A stretch of DNA of 64,000 bases from Gemmatimonadaceae bacterium (lineage in GTDB: Bacteria > Gemmatimonadota > Gemmatimonadetes > Gemmatimonadales > Gemmatimonadaceae), in NCBI GenBank assembly GCA_035535975.1, contig DATLPC010000098.1, forward strand, positions 16,859-80,858, read 5' to 3'. Each line of letters opens with the position of its first letter. The first letter of the stretch is position 1. The notes beneath the pieces were generated by a model. It did no database searches, was not told the origin of the DNA, and saw only the letters and a program-made list of their open reading frames with translations. Shown here one piece after another: positions 59,703 to 64,000 of the stretch. Both the position numbers and the translations under genes were made by a program.

Positions 59703-61049
59703 ATGCTGAAGCGCCACCTCACGCTTTCAGTCGTCTGTACGCTCATCGGCTTGCACCCGGCCGCCGCGCAGCGCGGTATGGCTCGGGTTCGTGGCGTCGT
59801 ATTCGACAGCCTACGCGGCAAGCCGTTGGGAAATGCCTCTGTCTCGATTGCTGGAGGAGGGGGCAGTTTCACGATCAACACTGATCCGAGCGGCCGCTTC
59901 GAGTTCGACAGCGTCCCGCCGGGTACCCACATCATTACGGCGCGGCACGCCCTGCTCGATACCATCGGGCTTCCCGGTCTGTCGACAAAAGCGGTTGTTA
60001 CCGAGGGTGGCAGCGACGTCAAACTCAGCGTCCCGTCCTTTGCGAGCATGTGGCGGGTCGCTTGCGGTGACCGTGTGCCGCCGCGCGACAGCGGCATCGT
60101 CTACGGAACGATTCGCGACGCCGAATCGAGCCGGCCAATCGCCAACGCATCGGTCGAGGTGTCGTGGTCCGACTTCGTGCTTCAGCAGCAAAAGATTCGT
60201 GAGCGGCGTTGGCACATCGACACGAAGTCGAACGGCGCGGGCGGCTACGCGGTCTGCGGTCTGCCGCTCGACATTGCGACCCAGCTGCACACGCGGAGGG
60301 AGCAGGCGGAAAGCGGCGTCCTCGATCTGCCGGTCGGCGGAACGCGCGTGCAGCGGCGCGACCTGCTGATCGCCGACAATGACACGAGCGCGCGCGGCCG
60401 CATCCGGGGCACGGTGATCGATCATCTCGGCGCCATCGTCACCGATGCGGTTATCCGCGTGGACACGTCGAGCGAGGGCCGAACCGATTCAACCGGGACC
60501 TTCGAGCTCACTGGGGTTCCCGCTGGGACGCGTGAGGTGAAGGTCCTGGCGATCGGCGCCGAGCCGATGGTCCTCGTGACCGACGTCCTGCCCCGCGAGA
60601 CGACGACGTTGTCGGTACAGCTTCACCCGGTCTACACGCTCAACACGGTGACGACGACGGGCGCCCGCGGCGCGCGAGTGTTTGCGTCCGAGTTCGAGGT
60701 TCGCCGCAAGAGTGGCTTTGGCTACATGCAGGACTCGACGTCGATCGCGCGCTACCCGCAGTTTGTGAACGCGCTGCGATCATTTCCCAGTCTCAACGTT
60801 CAGCAGCGCCCAACGACGCTGATGATCACGGTGCCGAACGGGAAGGGTGGTGACTGTCAGCCCGATGTTCTCATCGATGGCGCGCGCGCGACGTTCAACC
60901 ATCTGCTCGATCTGATGTCGAACGAGATCGGCGGTGTGGAAGTGTACACGCACGCAGCCCACATTCCGTCGCGCTTCGTCCCCGCCGGCATTCAGCCGCA
61001 ATGCGGGATGATTCTCGTCTGGACGAAGTACGGGTTTAGGAACCGTTAG
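59703..61049 (+). CDS. secreted protein with three CarboxypepD_reg-like domains and a C-terminal Plug-like domain (no barrel)
   Basis: VRGVVFDSLRGKPLGNASVSI, VYGTIRDAESSRPIANASVEV and IRGTVIDHLGAIVTDAVIRV modules. The C-terminus ...DVLIDGARATFNHLLDLMSNEIGGVEVYTHAAHIPSRF...CGMILVWTK is Plug-like. Confidence 0.7.
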   Translation: MLKRHLTLSVVCTLIGLHPAAAQRGMARVRGVVFDSLRGKPLGNASVSIAGGGGSFTINTDPSGRFEFDSVPPGTHIITARHALLDTIGLPGLSTKAVVTEGGSDVKLSVPSFASMWRVACGDRVPPRDSGIVYGTIRDAESSRPIANASVEVSWSDFVLQQQKIRERRWHIDTKSNGAGGYAVCGLPLDIATQLHTRREQAESGVLDLPVGGTRVQRRDLLIADNDTSARGRIRGTVIDHLGAIVTDAVIRVDTSSEGRTDSTGTFELTGVPAGTREVKVLAIGAEPMVLVTDVLPRETTTLSVQLHPVYTLNTVTTTGARGARVFASEFEVRRKSGFGYMQDSTSIARYPQFVNALRSFPSLNVQQRPTTLMITVPNGKGGDCQPDVLIDGARATFNHLLDLMSNEIGGVEVYTHAAHIPSRFVPAGIQPQCGMILVWTKYGFRNR

Positions 61050-61070
61050 GCGACTCGGCGGCTACGGCGG

Positions 61071-63533
61071 CTACGGCGGCGGCTTGTCCGGGTTCGGCTC
61101 GTACCCACGCGTCCAGATTACGAGCACGCCGCATTGAGATCCTTTCCGCGCATACTGCAGTGGAGTCTCTGCCGAGGTGGCGTAGAATTCGATTTTGTCG
61201 ACCCGGTCAGTCGGTACCTGTTTGAGATCGAACGGCTCCGTCGGGTCGCGCATGCCATTTTGCAGAACGCCATCCAGAAAAACGAGCGACCAGCATTCGA
61301 TGATCATCCCCTGTCCGGCCTCGAAGGCGTCGGGAACGTGGAAGCCGTAAGCCGCGCGACCGCAGTTCGTGGGTATGTTGCACAGCGGGTCCCGCGGACG
61401 AAGCCGACTCGAAAGCCAGTTGTGTCCTCTCCCGTACGCTATTCCTGTCGACGGGATCGTTGAGAGGACCGTCGCGAGCTCCATACCGTCGTACTTTTGA
61501 ATTTCATCGCGCGTCATGAAGCGTCCGAGCCCGATGCGCTTGTTGTCGTCGAAGCTCTGACGCATCTTGTCGTACGCCGTCGCTGTAACCTTGACGGCTT
61601 CGAGCGTGATCGCCCGGCCGAGGACCACTCGCCGCTCCACGGTCTCCATCCCGTTGAAGGCCAGACGCGTGTCGGCGGCGCCGTAGCCAATCCGCCGCAC
61701 CGACACGCGGTGCTCGCCCGCGGGAATTCCGCTGATCCGGAATTCACCGCGCGAGTTCGTGGTCTCGCTCTTGTTCAGCTCCGGCAGCGCGACCTCGGCG
61801 AGCGGAATCGGCGTGTGCGTCGAATCCGCGACCACCACACCGATGAACACCGAGCCGCGCATCGCCAACGCCTCGAGGCGCTCGAGCGTGAGCTCGGCGC
61901 GGGCGAGCCGCGTTCCACCTTGCAGCTTTACGGTGGTCTCGTCGGCGGTCTCGGCACCCTCGGCGACAGCGCGCAGTTTCACCGCGGTGTTCGCCGGCAC
62001 GCCACAAAGCCGGAACAGTCCGTCAGTGCCGCCTTGGACCTTGGCTTGGCGTACAACGGCCGCACTGTCCGTGCTGCTGGTCGACTGCCACTCGGCGACG
62101 ATCGAGAGATTTCGAATCGCCGCCGTATCGCCTCGCACACGCGCCCGGCCGACCACAATCCCGCGCGACGCGTCGCGCAATCCACCTGGGCCGCACACGG
62201 TCGCCATCAGCTGCTGCGCATTCGGCACTCGCCAGTCCGGATGGACGTTCGGGTCCACGAAGTCGAACGACACCCGATGCGACGCGGCGAGCGAATCGAG
62301 CGAGGGCGTGCGGATGTCGGCCTCGTAGACACCCGGAAGAATACCCGAGAGCGAGAAGCGACCACGATCGTCCGTGCGCGCGCTGAGCTGGGTTCCGACG
62401 AGCGTGACGCGACCGCCCGCGATCGCCGCCCCGGACAGCGAGTCGCGAATCGTCCCACTCAATACGAGCGGTGGTTGTGCCCAGAGTGTGTCGGTGCCGC
62501 GCCGGGCAAAGGCCAACTGACCGCCCGCCACTTGGATCTCGGCCAACTGTCGCTCGGCGCCGTGGCCCGGTCGCACGACCGACGTGAACGCCGGCATGCG
62601 GATGTTCCATTGTGTGATCGCCCAAGTGCCGTCCTTCATCCGCACGAATTGCAAATCGCCGCCCGCCATCTCACCCTGCTCGAAGGGGACGTTCACGAAC
62701 TGAAAGTCCAGGCGACGGAGCTGCGACGACGCGCGATCGACCCACAGCGTGCCGCCGATCTCCGGCGTGCGTTTCCGGTCTGGTGTGGGCTCGAAGGCGA
62801 GGCCGATCAACTCCGCGCGCTTGGAGTCTCGCGTGATGCGGAAGCAGTGATCGTTGGCGAATGCCGGCGAGAGAAGCGCGTCGATCCCCGGCGCGTAATA
62901 CACGACCGAGTTGTCGCGCTCCGTGACCACGTAGCCGATGCGACGCAAGCTGTCCGGCGACAGCGAGAGCCACGGTCGATCGACGTATCCCGTGGACACC
63001 GTTGCCTTCTGTTGGAGGACCTTGTTGCCCTTCGGGTCCAGAACGCGTTCATACGCCACGGTCGTCGCGACGATGTTGCGGAATCCGGTCGTCAGCTCGG
63101 TCGCCGTGAGCGCCGCGCGAACCTGCTCCCAGACGGCGTAAGTCGCCGCCCCTGAGTCGGTGAACGTCTTGCAGGCGTTCTTGTCGGCGACGCGGATCGT
63201 GTCGAGCGTGATCGGCAGACCGGCGACGACGACTCGCTGCGAGATCTCGCCGCCGACTCTGAGCTCGATCGGGGCTGTCGTCGTCGGCCGGAAGCCGAGA
63301 CGAAGCGTTCGAAGGGAGTAAGTACCCGCACTCGGCGCCGCGACGCGGAACTCACCGCGCTCGTCGCTCAGGGCCCGGGCCCGCTGCTGAGAGGTCGCGT
63401 CGATCAACACGACCACGACCCCACTGATCGGCCGGTTCGTCGAATCAGTGACGACTCCACGCACGACCTGGGCGTCGGCGAATGCCGGCGCAAGTGCGAA
63501 GAGTGCGACCGAGGTCAAAACACGACGAAGCAT
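61071..63533 (-). CDS. large secreted CarboxypepD_reg-repeat protein with a C-terminal Plug-like domain (no barrel)
   Basis: The internal Met gives signal peptide MLRRVLTSVALFALAPAFADAQ. VVRGVVTDSTNRPISGVVVVL and other CarboxypepD_reg modules. The C-terminus ...LVFLDGVLQ...VDKIEFYATSAETPLQYARKGSQCGVLVIWTRG parallels the two neighbouring proteins. Confidence 0.7.
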   Translation of the reverse strand: MLRRVLTSVALFALAPAFADAQVVRGVVTDSTNRPISGVVVVLIDATSQQRARALSDERGEFRVAAPSAGTYSLRTLRLGFRPTTTAPIELRVGGEISQRVVVAGLPITLDTIRVADKNACKTFTDSGAATYAVWEQVRAALTATELTTGFRNIVATTVAYERVLDPKGNKVLQQKATVSTGYVDRPWLSLSPDSLRRIGYVVTERDNSVVYYAPGIDALLSPAFANDHCFRITRDSKRAELIGLAFEPTPDRKRTPEIGGTLWVDRASSQLRRLDFQFVNVPFEQGEMAGGDLQFVRMKDGTWAITQWNIRMPAFTSVVRPGHGAERQLAEIQVAGGQLAFARRGTDTLWAQPPLVLSGTIRDSLSGAAIAGGRVTLVGTQLSARTDDRGRFSLSGILPGVYEADIRTPSLDSLAASHRVSFDFVDPNVHPDWRVPNAQQLMATVCGPGGLRDASRGIVVGRARVRGDTAAIRNLSIVAEWQSTSSTDSAAVVRQAKVQGGTDGLFRLCGVPANTAVKLRAVAEGAETADETTVKLQGGTRLARAELTLERLEALAMRGSVFIGVVVADSTHTPIPLAEVALPELNKSETTNSRGEFRISGIPAGEHRVSVRRIGYGAADTRLAFNGMETVERRVVLGRAITLEAVKVTATAYDKMRQSFDDNKRIGLGRFMTRDEIQKYDGMELATVLSTIPSTGIAYGRGHNWLSSRLRPRDPLCNIPTNCGRAAYGFHVPDAFEAGQGMIIECWSLVFLDGVLQNGMRDPTEPFDLKQVPTDRVDKIEFYATSAETPLQYARKGSQCGVLVIWTRGYEPNPDKPPP

Positions 63534-63668
63534 CGCGGTCCTGGGGGCCAAAAAGGGACGATGAACCCAAGGTTTTCGCGGCGCAAGACTGCCTTTGGTC
63601 ACTCCTGGACACCGGCGGTACCGTCGTGCATTCTGTTGGCTAACCCCAACCACCCGTCTCTCGATTCT

Positions 63669-64000
63669 ATGCGTTTTTTCTCATTGTTGTTCCTCGCGGC
63701 TGGCGCGGCCTGCGCTAGTACCCCGGCGGGGTCGGCACCGGCGCAGCCTCAGCCTCAGACGGTTACCGTCGCCGGTACAAGCTCGACGATGCGGGTGGGC
63801 GGCGTCGCGGATGCGACGGGTAGCGCGACCCTGCCGTACACGGTCGAGCAGGTCTGGCGCGTGCTTCCCTTCGTCTTCGACTCGCTCGGCATCCCGATCA
63901 CGGCGATGGACCCCGCCAAGCGCACATTGGGCAACGAATCCTTCAAGGTCCGGGCTCGCCTCAGGGGAACGCCGCTCAGCAAATTCATCGACTGCGGAAC
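63669..64000 (+). CDS. hypothetical lipoprotein, N-terminal part (runs off the window end)
   Basis: Absent from the ORF track because there is no stop. My translation gives MRFFSLLFLAAGAACASTPAGSAPAQPQPQTVTVAGTSST...LPYTVEQVWRVLPFVFDSLGIPITAMDP..., with lipobox AGAAC. The frame is open to the end and third positions are G/C-rich. Confidence 0.5.
   Translation, partial: MRFFSLLFLAAGAACASTPAGSAPAQPQPQTVTVAGTSSTMRVGGVADATGSATLPYTVEQVWRVLPFVFDSLGIPITAMDPAKRTLGNESFKVRARLRGTPLSKFIDCG

Noticed and set aside
1-64000. Prophage, integrative element, transposon or toxin-antitoxin/defence island anywhere in the window
   Set aside because: No integrase, transposase, recombinase, phage structural gene, restriction-modification gene or classical defence gene was recognisable. 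The only mobility signals are small non-autonomous repeats and the 67-bp duplication at 4429-4656.

Overview
GC-rich bacterial chromosomal segment (third codon positions are mostly G/C) with about 60 tightly packed protein genes on both strands. I found no rRNA, intact tRNA, CRISPR array, integrase or transposase. The gene content includes an ADOP-type orphan FtsX permease, a SusC/SusD pair, several CarboxypepD_reg secreted proteins, DUF4397 and a Tat-signal TldD/PmbA pair. This suggests a soil Gemmatimonadota- or Acidobacteriota-like organism, which is inference only.

Recognisable housekeeping genes:
- DNA repair and recombination: ruvB, ruvA, ruvC, a yebC-family gene, mutM, mpg.
- Translation and RNA: tyrS (carrying one in-frame TAA), rlmI.
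- Envelope: PBP1A; an MsbA-like exporter with a GT4 glycosyltransferase and an LpxL-family acyltransferase.
- Metabolism and transport: tdh-kbl, several ABC systems, a CDF transporter, a solA-like oxidase.

Features most worth follow-up:
1. A minus-strand cassette at 44.7-47.1 kb. It holds a Ddl-like ATP-grasp ligase translationally coupled to an HExxH metallopeptidase, preceded by a 51-codon very acidic ORF and an attenuator-like hairpin. It is bracketed by two copies of an unusual palindromic repeat built from 18-bp units.
2. An NtrY/NtrX-like sigma-54 two-component operon at 28.4-34.2 kb. It carries two tandem paralogous small membrane proteins, a bactofilin-like/beta-barrel outer-membrane fusion and a DUF4390 protein.
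3. A single in-frame TAA at a conserved Glu codon of an otherwise intact tyrS.
4. A 200-bp array of 13-bp periodic TAA(A/G)..GGCGC units filling a convergent intergenic region.
5. Several small dispersed repeat families: the GGGGTCAGACTCC elements, about 170-bp MITE-like elements with GAGGACAC-type ends, and a 28-bp perfect inverted repeat with CGAAGTTCG iterons. One of the GGGGTCAGACTCC elements sits inside a 67-bp duplication of a gene 3' end.
6. A SusC/SusD locus without visible glycan-degrading enzymes, next to a paralogous family of CarboxypepD_reg + Plug-like proteins that lack a barrel.

All functional calls come from motif recognition by eye on the supplied translations. No database search was run.
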